Origin: a candidate division WS1 bacterium
GTDB taxonomy: Bacteria > Armatimonadota > Zipacnadia > Zipacnadales > UBA11051
DNA: 64,000 nt
Direction of reading: 5' to 3'
Assembly: GCA_012518355.1 (NCBI GenBank)
Contig: JAAYSP010000014.1
Coordinates: 5,569-69,568, forward strand
Of this stretch, positions 19,921 through 29,970 are shown piece by piece (within the stretch, counting starts at the first letter, position 1; each line of letters starts with the position of its first letter). The notes beneath the pieces are model-generated. The model did not search any database. It saw only the letters and a program-made list of their open reading frames with translations, and was not told the DNA's origin. The position numbers and the translations under genes are program-made.

Positions 19921-20923
19921 TTGCGACGATGCCCATCTGGCTGCCACCTACGAGCAAACACCACCTCCTGATTTGCTAGCTCTGCTTGAAGAGCAAGATG
20001 ACTTTCTGCTGTTAGGACATGTAAATCCCGATGGCGATGCCGTAGGCAGTGTCCTTGCTTTGGCCCACATGCTCCGCGACATGGGGCGGACTGTTGCTGC
20101 AGCATTTCCCAGTCCTCCCCCACGCTGGTGGACAGACATGCCGGGAGCTGACCTCGTGCAGGACAATCCGCGACAGGCCCCAGTGGTCATAGCACTGGAC
20201 TGTGATGGTGCAGGACGACTGGCAGGGCTACAACCACTGCACGCGGCGGCACAGTACTCGGTGGAAATTGACCATCACAGCAGCACTGATCGCACATCTG
20301 ACATATTGTATGTGGATCCGGCGGCCGGTGCTACAGGAATACTGGTATTTCGCATCATCGAGGCCCTTGGCCGCCCGCTGACATCAGCCATCGCCACTTG
20401 CATTTACTGGGCTGTAGCTACCGACACCGGCTTCTTCCGGTTTGCCAACACATCCACAGAAGTGCTTGAAATTTGCGCACGCTGTGCAGCATGTGGTGCT
20501 GATCCGCACTCTATCGCCCACACAAACGTAGGCATACGTCCTCTGCCCCACCTCATACTGAAGGGCCGTGCGCTGGTCGGATTGGAGTCATACCTCGATG
20601 GCCGGGTTTTGGCTTCGGCGATCGGACCCGAGGATTTCGTCGCAGCTGGTGCCGACCGTACTCATGTGGAAGAGATAATTGACGATATCCGGCTCGCGGA
20701 AAATGTGGATATTTATGTGCTGTTCAAAGCCATTGACTTGGACAATCGCTGGGAGGTTAGCCTTCGTTCCAGTGTAGTCAATTGCGCTCAGGTTGCACGT
20801 GACTTCGGCGGGGGCGGCCATGCCGAAGCAGCTGGTTTCACCTTCGATGGCCCGCTGGAAAAGGGGCGGACACGTCTGCTGGATGCCCTGAGCAAGGCTC
20901 TGCCAGACCATCACCATGGCTGA
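19901..20923 (+). CDS. nrnA: DHH-family phosphoesterase (NrnA-like bifunctional oligoribonuclease/pAp phosphatase)
   Basis: DHH motif GHVNPDGDAVGS, DHH... and GGGH C-terminal DHHA1 motif (FGGGGHAEAAG). Confidence 0.7.
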   Translation: MMMNPHSCDDAHLAATYEQTPPPDLLALLEEQDDFLLLGHVNPDGDAVGSVLALAHMLRDMGRTVAAAFPSPPPRWWTDMPGADLVQDNPRQAPVVIALDCDGAGRLAGLQPLHAAAQYSVEIDHHSSTDRTSDILYVDPAAGATGILVFRIIEALGRPLTSAIATCIYWAVATDTGFFRFANTSTEVLEICARCAACGADPHSIAHTNVGIRPLPHLILKGRALVGLESYLDGRVLASAIGPEDFVAAGADRTHVEEIIDDIRLAENVDIYVLFKAIDLDNRWEVSLRSSVVNCAQVARDFGGGGHAEAAGFTFDGPLEKGRTRLLDALSKALPDHHHG

Positions 20924-21824
20924 CGGCTTTCTGAACCTACTCAAACCACCAGGAATGACTTCTCATGACCTGGTGCAGGCTGTTCGACGGATTGGGGGAG
21001 GAAAGGTGGGCCACACCGGTACCCTCGATCCAGCAGCAGCCGGTGTGCTGGTGCTATCGCTTGGACGGGCCACCAGGCTGTCGCAGTACGTGCAGCAGTT
21101 GCCCAAATCGTATCGGGCAGAGTTCACTCTGGGCCTGGCCACCGACAGCGGTGATGCCGAAGGCATCGTGACGGCAGTCAGCGACCACAAATCACTGTCA
21201 CAAGAGCGACTGCGAGAAGCTTTAAGCCACCTGACCGGCGAACTATCCATGGCTCCTCCGGCCTACTCCGCCGTGCGTGTTCGGGGCAGACGCGCTTATG
21301 AACTGGCGCGAGAAGGCGTGCGAGTGCAGCCGGCCCCTCGCACCGTCGAAATCTATCGCATGGAATTGCTTGCCTTTGAATGCGGGCCTCTTCGTCAAGT
21401 ACTGGTGGATCTCGACTGTTCCAGCGGCACGTATGTCCGAGTACTTGCTGATATGTTTGGACAGCAGCTTGAGGCTTCAGCGTACCTCTCTGCACTGGTG
21501 CGCACGGCTGTGGGCAGCTTTTCCGTAGATCAAACCGTAAGTCTTGCTGAACTGGAGCAGGACGGAGTAAATAGATACCTGATTTGTCCCGCCGAAGGGC
21601 TGGCCCATATGCCTGCTGTGACGGTGGAGAGAGACCGCTTGCGAGCGGTCCAGCACGGTAATCGCATCGAGGTTGAGGAGAAGTGGCCACTGGATACGCT
21701 GGTCCGAGTGCTCAATCCGGCGAGGTCTCTGGTTGCGGTAGGGATGTGTCTTCACGAACAGGATACTTTTGTAATTCAACCGCGTACGGTACTGCCGCCG
21801 ACAGCTTCAGATGCACATAGATGA
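20916..21824 (+). CDS. truB: tRNA pseudouridine(55) synthase TruB
   Basis: 302 aa. Catalytic motif GHTGTLDPAAAGVL. PUA-like C-terminus. Confidence 0.85.
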   Translation: MADGFLNLLKPPGMTSHDLVQAVRRIGGGKVGHTGTLDPAAAGVLVLSLGRATRLSQYVQQLPKSYRAEFTLGLATDSGDAEGIVTAVSDHKSLSQERLREALSHLTGELSMAPPAYSAVRVRGRRAYELAREGVRVQPAPRTVEIYRMELLAFECGPLRQVLVDLDCSSGTYVRVLADMFGQQLEASAYLSALVRTAVGSFSVDQTVSLAELEQDGVNRYLICPAEGLAHMPAVTVERDRLRAVQHGNRIEVEEKWPLDTLVRVLNPARSLVAVGMCLHEQDTFVIQPRTVLPPTASDAHR

Positions 21825-21850
21825 GACTGACAAGAGATTTTGAAGACAGA
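21693..21850 (+). repeat. Direct repeat copy 1 (~158 bp): genuine truB 3' end plus a remnant ribF start
   Basis: Aligns at ~89% identity with 21902-22058 (offset 208-209 bp, one 1-bp indel). Confidence 0.8.
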
Positions 21851-21901
21851 TGGACCGACGCTGCGGGTAGCTTTTCCGCAGACCAAGCCGCCAATCTTTC
21901 G

Positions 21902-22058
21902 GAGACGCTGGTCTGAGTGCTCAATCCGGCGGGGCTCTGGTTGCGGTAGGGATGTGTCTTCACGAACAAGATACTTTTGCAATTCAACCACGTACGGTAC
22001 TGCCGCCGACGGCTTTAGGTGTACATAGATGAGATTGACAAGAAATCTTGATGACAGA
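21902..22058 (+). repeat. Direct repeat copy 2 (~157 bp): remnant truB 3' end plus the genuine ribF start
   Basis: See copy 1. Both copies contain ...GTGCTCAATCCGGCG...GGTTGCGGTAGGGATGTGTCTTCACGAACA...CATAGATGAGA(C/T)TGACAAGA... Confidence 0.8.
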
Positions 22059-22991
22059 TTGCCTGAATGCCAGCGAGCTGTGGTTGTCGGAGCGTTTGAT
22101 GGTGTGCATATCGGCCACCAGTTCCTCATCCGCCAGACCTGTGCAGAAGCTGCCGACGCGGGCCTGGAGTCAACCGTTTTCACGTTTGAGCCTATCCCAC
22201 AGGAGTTCCTGTCGCCCGACACCAGCCTACGGATACGCCTGACAGTAGGCGATGAGCGTGTCGAGATCATGCGCCAGCTGTGTGTTGACCGACTGATAGT
22301 CGCTCCTTTTGACGCGCCATTCAGCCGCCTGACCGCCGAACAATTCGTCAGCGAAATACTGGTAGGGCGCCTGAATGCCAGGATACTGGTAGCCGCAGAA
22401 AACCACGCTTTCGGACATGGCGCGGGGGCTGACATTGAAGCCATCGCTGGCTTAGCCCAACAGTATGACCTTCGTCTGGTCGTCGTCCCTCTTCTCAGGT
22501 TGGATGGCACACGGGTAAGTAGCACTGAAGTGCGTCGTCTATTGCGCGAAGGGCATGTGGAAAAGGCCGGAGGTCTGCTGGGTAGACACTACAGCATGTG
22601 CGGAGAGGTGGTGGCTGGCAAGGGTATCGGACGCGATCTCGGTTTCGCGACTGCCAATCTCGAGGTTGCACGCAACAAATTGATACCGGCAGCCGGTGTG
22701 TACGCTGCCCTGGCTGATAGCGACGTGTTGCGTGAGCAACTATCTCCCATGTCTGGCCCATACCCGGCGGCCGTTAGTATCGGGCCCCAGCCTACCTTCG
22801 GCGTTACGGTGCCTCGCATCGAAGCACACGTGATCGCCGCCGCGGAGCTTGAGCTGCGTGGCTCATCTATGGAGCTCAGATTTGTCCGACGGCTGCGACC
22901 GGTGCAAAAGTTCGATACTGTAGATGCGCTGAAGGCGCAGATGGCTCGTGACGTCGAGGCCACAGTCAATTTGGTGGGCGATGGCTGTTAG
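22029..22991 (+). CDS. ribF: Bifunctional riboflavin kinase/FMN adenylyltransferase
   Basis: 320 aa. N-terminal AVVVGAFDGVHIGHQ nucleotidyltransferase motif. C-terminal riboflavin kinase domain. Confidence 0.85.
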   Translation: MRLTRNLDDRLPECQRAVVVGAFDGVHIGHQFLIRQTCAEAADAGLESTVFTFEPIPQEFLSPDTSLRIRLTVGDERVEIMRQLCVDRLIVAPFDAPFSRLTAEQFVSEILVGRLNARILVAAENHAFGHGAGADIEAIAGLAQQYDLRLVVVPLLRLDGTRVSSTEVRRLLREGHVEKAGGLLGRHYSMCGEVVAGKGIGRDLGFATANLEVARNKLIPAAGVYAALADSDVLREQLSPMSGPYPAAVSIGPQPTFGVTVPRIEAHVIAAAELELRGSSMELRFVRRLRPVQKFDTVDALKAQMARDVEATVNLVGDGC

Positions 22992-23019
22992 ATAGCCACG
23001 TCTGTTGGTTTCACAGTGA

Positions 23020-23048
23020 TTGACAATCCGACATGCTGCTACTATACT
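23020..23048 (+). promoter_or_regulatory. Sigma70-type promoter upstream of ffh
   Basis: TTGACA (23020-23025), 17-nt spacer, TATACT (23043-23048). A second TTGACA pair lies near 23125-23150. Confidence 0.4.
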
Positions 23049-23160
23049 GTGTTTGCTCGCGCTTTGCACGTAACCTATGGCCACGAACTTGGGCCGGATC
23101 AATCCCGGCTCTAACTTTTTTGTGGCTGCACTTTTGACAGGTATCGGGTGTTGACACGTC

Positions 23161-24489
23161 TTGTTTGAGACACTGACAGAAAAATTGCAGCGGGTCTTCA
23201 AACGCATGAGTGGCAGTGGCAAACTGCGGCCCAAGGACGTGCGTGATGGGCTAAAGGAAGTGCGGCTGGCGCTACTAGAAGCGGACGTCAACTACCAGGT
23301 AGTCAAGGATTTTGTCCAGGAAGTTCAGCAGGAAGCTCTGGGCGAAGAGATACTGTCAGGTCTGAATCCCACGCAACAGATAGTTGATATTGTCCATCGC
23401 AAGCTGGTTGTGTTGCTCGGGCAGGAGGCAGTGCCTCTACAGCTGACCGGAGCGGGGCCACATACTATTTTGCTCGCTGGACTGCAGGGTAGTGGTAAAA
23501 CCACTACAGCCGGCAAGTTGGCTGTGCGATTGCGTCAGGATGGCCACCGGCCCCTTCTTTGTGCTGCCGACGTATATCGTCCTGCGGCACGCGAACAGCT
23601 TCGTCAAATCGGTGAGCAGGCCGGGATCGAAGTCATCAGCGACGACGACAGCACCGACCCTGTGAAAATTGCGGGCGATGCGGTCAAACACGCTACTGCC
23701 TCGGGTTACGATGTCGTGATCGTAGACACCGCGGGGCGGTTACAGATTGACCAGGAGATGATGGATGAGGTTTCCGCAATGGAAGCCGCACTGGGCAATC
23801 CTGAGACGTTGCTGGTGATAGATGCCATGACCGGCCAGGAAGCGGTCAACGTCGCCAAGGAATTCGGCGACCGACTGCATCTGGACGGGCTGATACTCAC
23901 CAAACTGGACGGAGATGCGCGCGGTGGGGCCGCTTTGTCCGCGCGGGCGGTCACTGGCAAGCCCATCAAGTTTGTCGGGGTTGGAGAGCGGCTTGACGCG
24001 CTAGACGTGTTCCATCCAGACCGCCTGGCACAGCGTATCCTGGGGATGGGCGATGTGCTTACCCTGGTGGAAAAGGCGCGGCAGGCAGTTGATGAAGAGC
24101 GGGCGCTGGAGATGCAAAAACGCCTGCTTTCGGCGCAGTTTGACATGAACGATTTTGTCGAACAGCTACGCAGTGTCCGCAAGATGGGACCGATGGACCA
24201 AATCCTGAAGATGATACCGGGGGCCGACAAGCTTGGCGTCATGGGCCCCGGCGAGTTCGATGAAACGGAATTAGATCGCGTTGAGGCGATCATCTCCTCC
24301 ATGACCCAACTGGAGCGCTCCGATCCGAGCATACTCAACGGAAGTCGCCGCCGCAGGATTGCCGCTGGCAGTGGGACGAGTGTGCAGGATGTTAACATCG
24401 TAGTAAAACAGTACAACCAACTGGCCAAGATGATGAAAACCATGGCCAAAGGCCGGCCCATCAACGTCGGCGGACTGCGGCTTGGCTAA
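23161..24489 (+). CDS. ffh: Signal recognition particle protein Ffh
   Basis: 442 aa. TTG start encoding MFETLTEKL. GTPase motifs GLQGSGKTTT and DTAGR. Met-rich M domain. Confidence 0.9.
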   Translation: MFETLTEKLQRVFKRMSGSGKLRPKDVRDGLKEVRLALLEADVNYQVVKDFVQEVQQEALGEEILSGLNPTQQIVDIVHRKLVVLLGQEAVPLQLTGAGPHTILLAGLQGSGKTTTAGKLAVRLRQDGHRPLLCAADVYRPAAREQLRQIGEQAGIEVISDDDSTDPVKIAGDAVKHATASGYDVVIVDTAGRLQIDQEMMDEVSAMEAALGNPETLLVIDAMTGQEAVNVAKEFGDRLHLDGLILTKLDGDARGGAALSARAVTGKPIKFVGVGERLDALDVFHPDRLAQRILGMGDVLTLVEKARQAVDEERALEMQKRLLSAQFDMNDFVEQLRSVRKMGPMDQILKMIPGADKLGVMGPGEFDETELDRVEAIISSMTQLERSDPSILNGSRRRRIAAGSGTSVQDVNIVVKQYNQLAKMMKTMAKGRPINVGGLRLG

Positions 24490-24540
24490 CGACACACAAC
24501 AGATGGCGTGACACACTGAGTTCTGAAGGGAGACACAAGA

Positions 24541-24897
24541 TTGGCGACTAAGATTCGTTTGAAGCGCACCGGAGCAAGAGGCAACCCGCATTACCGGCTG
24601 ATTGTGATCGATTCCAGAAAACCACGTGACGGTAGGACCATCGAGGAGTTGGGCTACTACTGCCCCACCACCCATCCACCTACCATCAAAATAGATGTAG
24701 AGAGAGCGTTGTATTGGCTCGGTGTGGGAGCCCAAACCTCCGATACCGCCCGTTCGCTACTCTCAAAGCAAGGCGTTTTGCAGGCCTTTCGTGGGCAAGC
24801 CGACTCTGTTGAGACAGCCACAACTGAGCCAGTGAACGCTGAAGCAGAAGCGCTTTCTGATACATCGGAGGCCGCACAAGAACCATCAGCGGTGTAG
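24541..24897 (+). CDS. rpsP: 30S ribosomal protein S16 with C-terminal extension
   Basis: TTG start after GGGAG SD. ATKIRLKRTGARGNPHYRLIV. Confidence 0.85.
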   Translation: MATKIRLKRTGARGNPHYRLIVIDSRKPRDGRTIEELGYYCPTTHPPTIKIDVERALYWLGVGAQTSDTARSLLSKQGVLQAFRGQADSVETATTEPVNAEAEALSDTSEAAQEPSAV

Positions 24898-25020
24898 AAG
24901 ACGGCCTGTAACCGAACTCCAATCGTGTTTCGATACACGCCACTGTGACCTAATGCCAAACCGGGTGGGTAGACTGCCGACTGCCAATGCCGGTCACCGA
25001 CACTCACAGGGAGGCTCACG

Positions 25021-25251
25021 ATGCTAGAGCTGATCGAGTATATGGTACGCTCGATAGTTGACAACTCGGAGGATGTGCGAGTGAACGAGGTCGAAGGTGA
25101 GACCTTAGTAGTGTATGAGGTTTCCGTAGCTGACGAGGATATCGGTCAGGTCATCGGCAAAAACGGCCGCATTGCCAACGCACTCCGTACCATCGTAAAA
25201 TCCGCCGCGATGACGCACGGCAAGAAGGCTACTGTGGAAATCATTTCGTAG
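25021..25251 (+). CDS. KH-domain RNA-binding protein (YlqC/UPF0109 family)
   Basis: 76 aa. GQVIGKNGRIANALRTIV KH motif. Confidence 0.75.
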   Translation: MLELIEYMVRSIVDNSEDVRVNEVEGETLVVYEVSVADEDIGQVIGKNGRIANALRTIVKSAAMTHGKKATVEIIS

Positions 25252-25374
25252 CTGCTTGACGTCCAACCACATATAGTAGTCGGTAATCGTCAGGTAATCA
25301 GCGTCAGTAGTCAGCAGCTAATCAAATTTCTGATTGACATTCATTGAGTTGTCCGGATAGGGGGCACAGAGTTC

Positions 25375-25851
25375 ATGTCGCTTACCATCAAACGTGAAGT
25401 AATCTTGCGTGCTGTCGTCACTGACCAGCTCAAAAAGGAACTAACCGAGGAGTTGCAGGCCGCTGCTGCGGAGTTGGATCAACGCATTGGTCAGATCGAC
25501 CTGAGCACTCGAGCATACATAACTAACCTCCAGCGCGCGGATTTGCAGCAAGCGATGGCAGTCCGCAAACGCGTGGACGCCGAGAAGGCCCGCCATCAGG
25601 AGCTTCGTGATGCTATCATGGAGCGCATGAAACAGGTCGAAGTGTTGGACAACGGCACTGAGGTCATCCGCGGCACTGTAGAGAGTTTCGTGGATGTCAA
25701 GGTTGGCGATGATCTGGCGATGCTGCTTAACGGCACCGAAGTTGTGGTCAAAGACGGTGTGGTCACTGAAATCCGGCAGCGGCGTCCAGAGGCGCAAAAA
25801 GACGAGAAGCCTGTGCTGGAAATCGTGACCGAGCTGCCTTCCAGCGGATAG
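25375..25851 (+). CDS. YlqD-like hypothetical protein
   Basis: 158 aa coiled-coil/beta protein between the KH gene and rimM, as ylqD is in Bacillus-type rpsP operons. Confidence 0.4.
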   Translation: MSLTIKREVILRAVVTDQLKKELTEELQAAAAELDQRIGQIDLSTRAYITNLQRADLQQAMAVRKRVDAEKARHQELRDAIMERMKQVEVLDNGTEVIRGTVESFVDVKVGDDLAMLLNGTEVVVKDGVVTEIRQRRPEAQKDEKPVLEIVTELPSSG

Positions 25852-25852
25852 A

Positions 25853-26371
25853 ATGGCTGAGTACGGCGAATACACAGTTGACATCGCTACAATCAACAGC
25901 GCGCATGGAGTGCGCGGCCAGATGAAGGTGACCTGCTTTAGTGATGTGCCTGACCGCATGACAACACTGCAGACGGTCTGCGTTCGACCGCCTCAGGGCC
26001 GGGCTTTTCTCAGCGAAATTGTGGAGGCAAAGCAACTGCCGCACCGGCCTGTGTATCTGGTCCGCCTGGCAGGCATAGATAATCGAGACCAGGCCAGGTC
26101 ACTTTCTGGAGCCAGCATTTGCACGCAGGCAGGGCAGTCGCCCCAGTTGCCCAAAGGAACTTACTATGTCGCGGACCTCATCGGATTGCAGGTGGTGACA
26201 GACCAGGGGCAGGTGCTGGGCAGGATCACCGAAGTGATTCGCACGGGAGCCAACGACGTATATGAGCTCGATTCGGGCCTGCTAATTCCGGCCATCGCCG
26301 ATGTCATCCAAGAAGTTAATCTCGCTGATGATGTGATGGTGATCACTCCACTGGCCGGAATGTTGGAGTAG
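25853..26371 (+). CDS. rimM: 16S rRNA processing protein RimM
   Basis: 172 aa. N-terminal RimM beta-barrel (GVRGQMKV) and PRC barrel C-terminus. Confidence 0.8.
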   Translation: MAEYGEYTVDIATINSAHGVRGQMKVTCFSDVPDRMTTLQTVCVRPPQGRAFLSEIVEAKQLPHRPVYLVRLAGIDNRDQARSLSGASICTQAGQSPQLPKGTYYVADLIGLQVVTDQGQVLGRITEVIRTGANDVYELDSGLLIPAIADVIQEVNLADDVMVITPLAGMLE

Positions 26372-26401
26372 CACATATTCCGCTTCGGAGCGGATTGAGC
26401 C

Positions 26402-27124
26402 ATGCGTTTTGACATAGTTACCATTTTCCCACAGTTGCTCGAACATGCGATGCAGTACGGCGTGTTAGGCCGTGCCCTAGATAGCGGATTGCTCCGGGTA
26501 GGAGTGCACAATCTGCGGGACTATTGCCATGACCGGCATCGTCAGGTAGATGATACACCTTATGGTGGCGGTCCAGGCATGGTGATGAAACCAGAGCCGT
26601 TTTTTGAGGCTGTAAACGCCTTGCGAACCGATGGACATGGCGAGGCACGGGTCGTGTTACTTAGCCCTCAGGGCCAGGCATTTGACCAGGAGACGGCCCG
26701 ACGACTGAGCCGCTGTTCGCGCATGATTTTGCTGTGTGCTAGATACGAAGGCGTGGATGAGAGAGTACGCGAGACCCTGGTGGATGAAGAGATCTCCATA
26801 GGCGACTATGTGCTAAGCGGCGGCGAGTTTGCTGCTTTGGTAGTCATGGACGCTGTCGCCCGGATGGTGGACGGAGTACTGGGCAACGAGCAGTCCGCTG
26901 ACCAGGAATCACATGCCCAGGGTTTGCTGGAGTATCCGCAGTATACGCGTCCAGCAACGTATAACGGGTTAGCCGTGCCTGACATTCTCATCCATGGACA
27001 CCATGAACAGATACGCTACTGGAGGCGGTTGCAGGCCCTCAAGCGCACACTGCAGAGACGGCCCGATCTGTTGGGCCGAGCTGAACTGACTGACGAAGAC
27101 TGGCAAATACTAGGCACATTGTGA
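26402..27124 (+). CDS. trmD: tRNA (guanine37-N1)-methyltransferase TrmD
   Basis: 240 aa. [10 protein letters not shown] start. SPOUT knot motifs [12 protein letters not shown] and [10 protein letters not shown]. Confidence 0.9.
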   Translation: MRFDIVTIFPQLLEHAMQYGVLGRALDSGLLRVGVHNLRDYCHDRHRQVDDTPYGGGPGMVMKPEPFFEAVNALRTDGHGEARVVLLSPQGQAFDQETARRLSRCSRMILLCARYEGVDERVRETLVDEEISIGDYVLSGGEFAALVVMDAVARMVDGVLGNEQSADQESHAQGLLEYPQYTRPATYNGLAVPDILIHGHHEQIRYWRRLQALKRTLQRRPDLLGRAELTDEDWQILGTL

Positions 27125-27192
27125 CCACCCGTGTCGAGTGCTATTCACCGGCTCAGGAGATGGCGCATCGGCCACAATAGGAGTAAAACTAG

Positions 27193-27666
27193 ATGAAATC
27201 ACCACTGATCGCACAAGTAGAAGCCCGACACATGCGTGACAATGTTCCTGAATTTCGCCCCGGGGACAGCATCCGAGTGCATGTGAAGATTACCGAGACG
27301 TCCCGCAAGGAAGTGCGGACGCGCATACAGCCCTTCGAGGGCGTTGTCATCAGCCGTAGTGGCGCCGGCCTCAACGAGATGGTAACAGTGCGACGCATGA
27401 CCTATGGCGTCGGCGTAGAGCGCACTTTCCCGGTACATGCACCCATCATTGACCACATCGAGGTAGTGCGACGAGGACATGTGCGACGGGCCCGCCTGTA
27501 CTATCTCCGTGGGCGCAGCGGTCGTGCCAGTCGTATCCGTCAGGCCAAAGATGAACAGACATTCCAGAAGCCAAAAGAGACGGCTGCGGCGCAGCCAGCA
27601 GCAGGAGCCGAAACGCAATCCCAGGACATCGCTCCCGATGGTGAACAGGTGACCGGCCAGGAATAG
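27193..27666 (+). CDS. rplS: 50S ribosomal protein L19 with ~40-aa low-complexity C-terminal extension
   Basis: [20 protein letters not shown]...[14 protein letters not shown] core. Confidence 0.85.
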   Translation: MKSPLIAQVEARHMRDNVPEFRPGDSIRVHVKITETSRKEVRTRIQPFEGVVISRSGAGLNEMVTVRRMTYGVGVERTFPVHAPIIDHIEVVRRGHVRRARLYYLRGRSGRASRIRQAKDEQTFQKPKETAAAQPAAGAETQSQDIAPDGEQVTGQE

Positions 27667-27672
27667 AAACGA

Positions 27673-28383
27673 ATGGTAGACAACGGTGCCGGAACGGTAC
27701 TGGCGTTCGATAACCCATGGCACATTGCTGCTCTAGTGGTAGTGGCAGTGGCGCTGCGCTTGTGGGCCGCCTACAGTCGTGTCTTTGAGCTCGGTGAGGT
27801 TTTGCACACCGTCCGCGGTGCGGTTCTGGAGTTTCTGGACTCTGCGCTGATAGCATTGCTGCTGGTGTTCTGCATCCTACGGCCATTTGTTGTGCAGGCT
27901 TTCTATATACCTTCGGGGTCTATGGAACCAACGCTGCAGGTAGATGACCGAATTCTGGTGAACAAATTCATATACTATTTCCGCGATCCGCAGCCAGGGG
28001 AGGTCGTGGTATTTCGCGCCCCACCCCCGGCAGACCATCTCAACCGTGATTTCATCAAGCGTGTGGTTGGCGTCCCTGGGGATAGCCTGGCCACGCTCGC
28101 TTTCGATGGAATGTATCGCAACGGCCAACATGTGGAAGAGCCGTATATCAAAGAGCCTCCAACATATGATTGGCCTGAAGATCGGGTGAGCCAGGTGCGT
28201 GTTCCCGATGGCTCAATCGTGGTTCTGGGAGACAACCGAAACGTGTCGAATGACAGCCACCGCTGGGAAACTGTCTCTCCAGATCTTCGGCCCGAACCAC
28301 GTCCTTTTGTCCCCGAACAGAACGTGTTGGGCAAGGCTATGGTCATCTTCTGGCCACCTCGCCGTATGGGCTTAGTGAGGTAG
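27673..28383 (+). CDS. lepB: Signal peptidase I
   Basis: 236 aa. N-terminal TM. Catalytic Ser box YIPSGSMEPTL, Lys box KRVVGVPGD, box E GDNRNVSNDSH. Confidence 0.8.
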   Translation: MVDNGAGTVLAFDNPWHIAALVVVAVALRLWAAYSRVFELGEVLHTVRGAVLEFLDSALIALLLVFCILRPFVVQAFYIPSGSMEPTLQVDDRILVNKFIYYFRDPQPGEVVVFRAPPPADHLNRDFIKRVVGVPGDSLATLAFDGMYRNGQHVEEPYIKEPPTYDWPEDRVSQVRVPDGSIVVLGDNRNVSNDSHRWETVSPDLRPEPRPFVPEQNVLGKAMVIFWPPRRMGLVR

Positions 28384-28401
28384 AGACTTCGGAGTACTTC
28401 G

Positions 28402-29088
28402 ATGAGTGAAGCGCGTAGACAGTCTGCAAGACTGCCCAGGGCCGCATCGGCCGTCTACGAGCGACATCTCGCCGCCTCCGACCACGGCCCGGTGGCAGGA
28501 GTAGATGAGGCAGGCTGTGGTGCTCTGGCCGGACCTGTGGTGGCCGCAGCAGTGGTACTGCCCGCTGAAGTGACTATCCCCCATGTGACAGATTCCAAGC
28601 TTCTCCGTCCTACTGAGCGCGAGCATATCTACCGTGAGATAATTGCCGAAGCCGCTTGCTGGAGCGTATTCGTCTGCCCCCATGATGCGATAGATCGGCT
28701 CAACATCTATCAGGCTCGCTTACTGGCCATGCGTCGAGCAATTGAGCAGCTAGAACCAACGCCTGGCTACGTCCTGATTGACGGGCACGTAGCTCCAGAG
28801 CTATCTATTCGGTGTGAAGCACTGGTTGGCGGCGATGCCAAATATCGGATCATCGCTGCTGCATCTATAGTAGCCAAGGTTACGCGCGACCAGATCATGG
28901 AGCGTCTCGACCCCACCTATCCGGGCTATGGCTTTGCCAGACACAAGGGCTATGCTACTGCCGCACACATGCGAGCCATCGCAGAGTTGGGGCCTTGCGC
29001 GGTCCATCGGCGGACTTTTGCCCCTGTTGCCGATTGCATACAACAGCAATTGGACTACGACAGTGAACAGGATACACACAACGTGTGA
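28402..29088 (+). CDS. rnhB: Ribonuclease HII
   Basis: 228 aa. GVDEAGCGALAGPVV, LLAMRRAIEQL, DGH motifs. Confidence 0.85.
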   Translation: MSEARRQSARLPRAASAVYERHLAASDHGPVAGVDEAGCGALAGPVVAAAVVLPAEVTIPHVTDSKLLRPTEREHIYREIIAEAACWSVFVCPHDAIDRLNIYQARLLAMRRAIEQLEPTPGYVLIDGHVAPELSIRCEALVGGDAKYRIIAAASIVAKVTRDQIMERLDPTYPGYGFARHKGYATAAHMRAIAELGPCAVHRRTFAPVADCIQQQLDYDSEQDTHNV

Positions 29089-29143
29089 TAGGCGCCTGAA
29101 GGTATGCTATACTATCCTTTACTGAGCACAGGCATATCGATGA

Positions 29144-29872
29144 TTGCGAGGGATCGTGTATAGCAATACTGACATGTGTGCGTCACTTACGGGGCGGGTG
29201 ATGGTGACAGCAAGGCGGACTATGGTGCGTTCACAGTGGAGACAGCATGGATTCACGCTCATCGAACTGCTGGTGGTCATCGCTATCATCGCGATTGTCG
29301 CCGGGATGCTGTTCCCCGTGTTCGCCCGATCACGTGCGCAAGCACGGTCGAGTCGTTGCATCGCCAACCTCAAGCAGATCGGCACCGCTCTTTTCATGTA
29401 CTCAGACGACTACGACGGCCGTTTCCCCTGGGGGATAGACTACGCTGACCAGCATGTTCCGGAAATGTGGGGCTCGTTTCCCAGCGTTGAGGCATGGATT
29501 CCTCACATGCCGCGTGTGGAGTCAGCACTGAATCCGTACATCAAGAATTCCGAGATATGGCACTGTCCTGCTGACAAAGGCTTCACGGTCCTGGAAGACT
29601 GGGACATCCCTCTCGACGGTCAACCCACTTCATTTGATGCATTCGGCAGCAGCTACACCTACCAGACGATCCTCACTTTCCGGGGAGGGCTCATCTCAAA
29701 TCTAAGAGACCCCGTTGGCACAAACGTGTTTTTCGATGGGCATGGTAGCTGGCATGGTGGCAGAGGCTACGCTAATAGGCGCTGGAACGTTGTCTTCGCT
29801 GATGGGCATGTCAAAAACGTTGACCGAGAGACGTTCAGCAACGGCTGGATGGACGATCCCTTCATGCAGTGA
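29144..29872 (+). CDS. Prepilin-type N-terminal cleavage/methylation domain protein with DUF1559-like C-terminal domain
   Basis: GFTLIELLVVIAIIAIVAGML pseudopilin leader/TM. C-terminal ...FADGHV motif. Real start likely internal (MVRSQWRQHGFTLIELL near 29222). Confidence 0.55.
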   Translation: MRGIVYSNTDMCASLTGRVMVTARRTMVRSQWRQHGFTLIELLVVIAIIAIVAGMLFPVFARSRAQARSSRCIANLKQIGTALFMYSDDYDGRFPWGIDYADQHVPEMWGSFPSVEAWIPHMPRVESALNPYIKNSEIWHCPADKGFTVLEDWDIPLDGQPTSFDAFGSSYTYQTILTFRGGLISNLRDPVGTNVFFDGHGSWHGGRGYANRRWNVVFADGHVKNVDRETFSNGWMDDPFMQ

Positions 29873-29970
29873 CCATGCCACGCCGGTGGCCAGGCGCTCG
29901 CTCAGGCTGAGTACCGAAAAAGCGTACAGACGTGTCCTCAGTCGCCCTCACAACGGACGCCACAGGTGTT

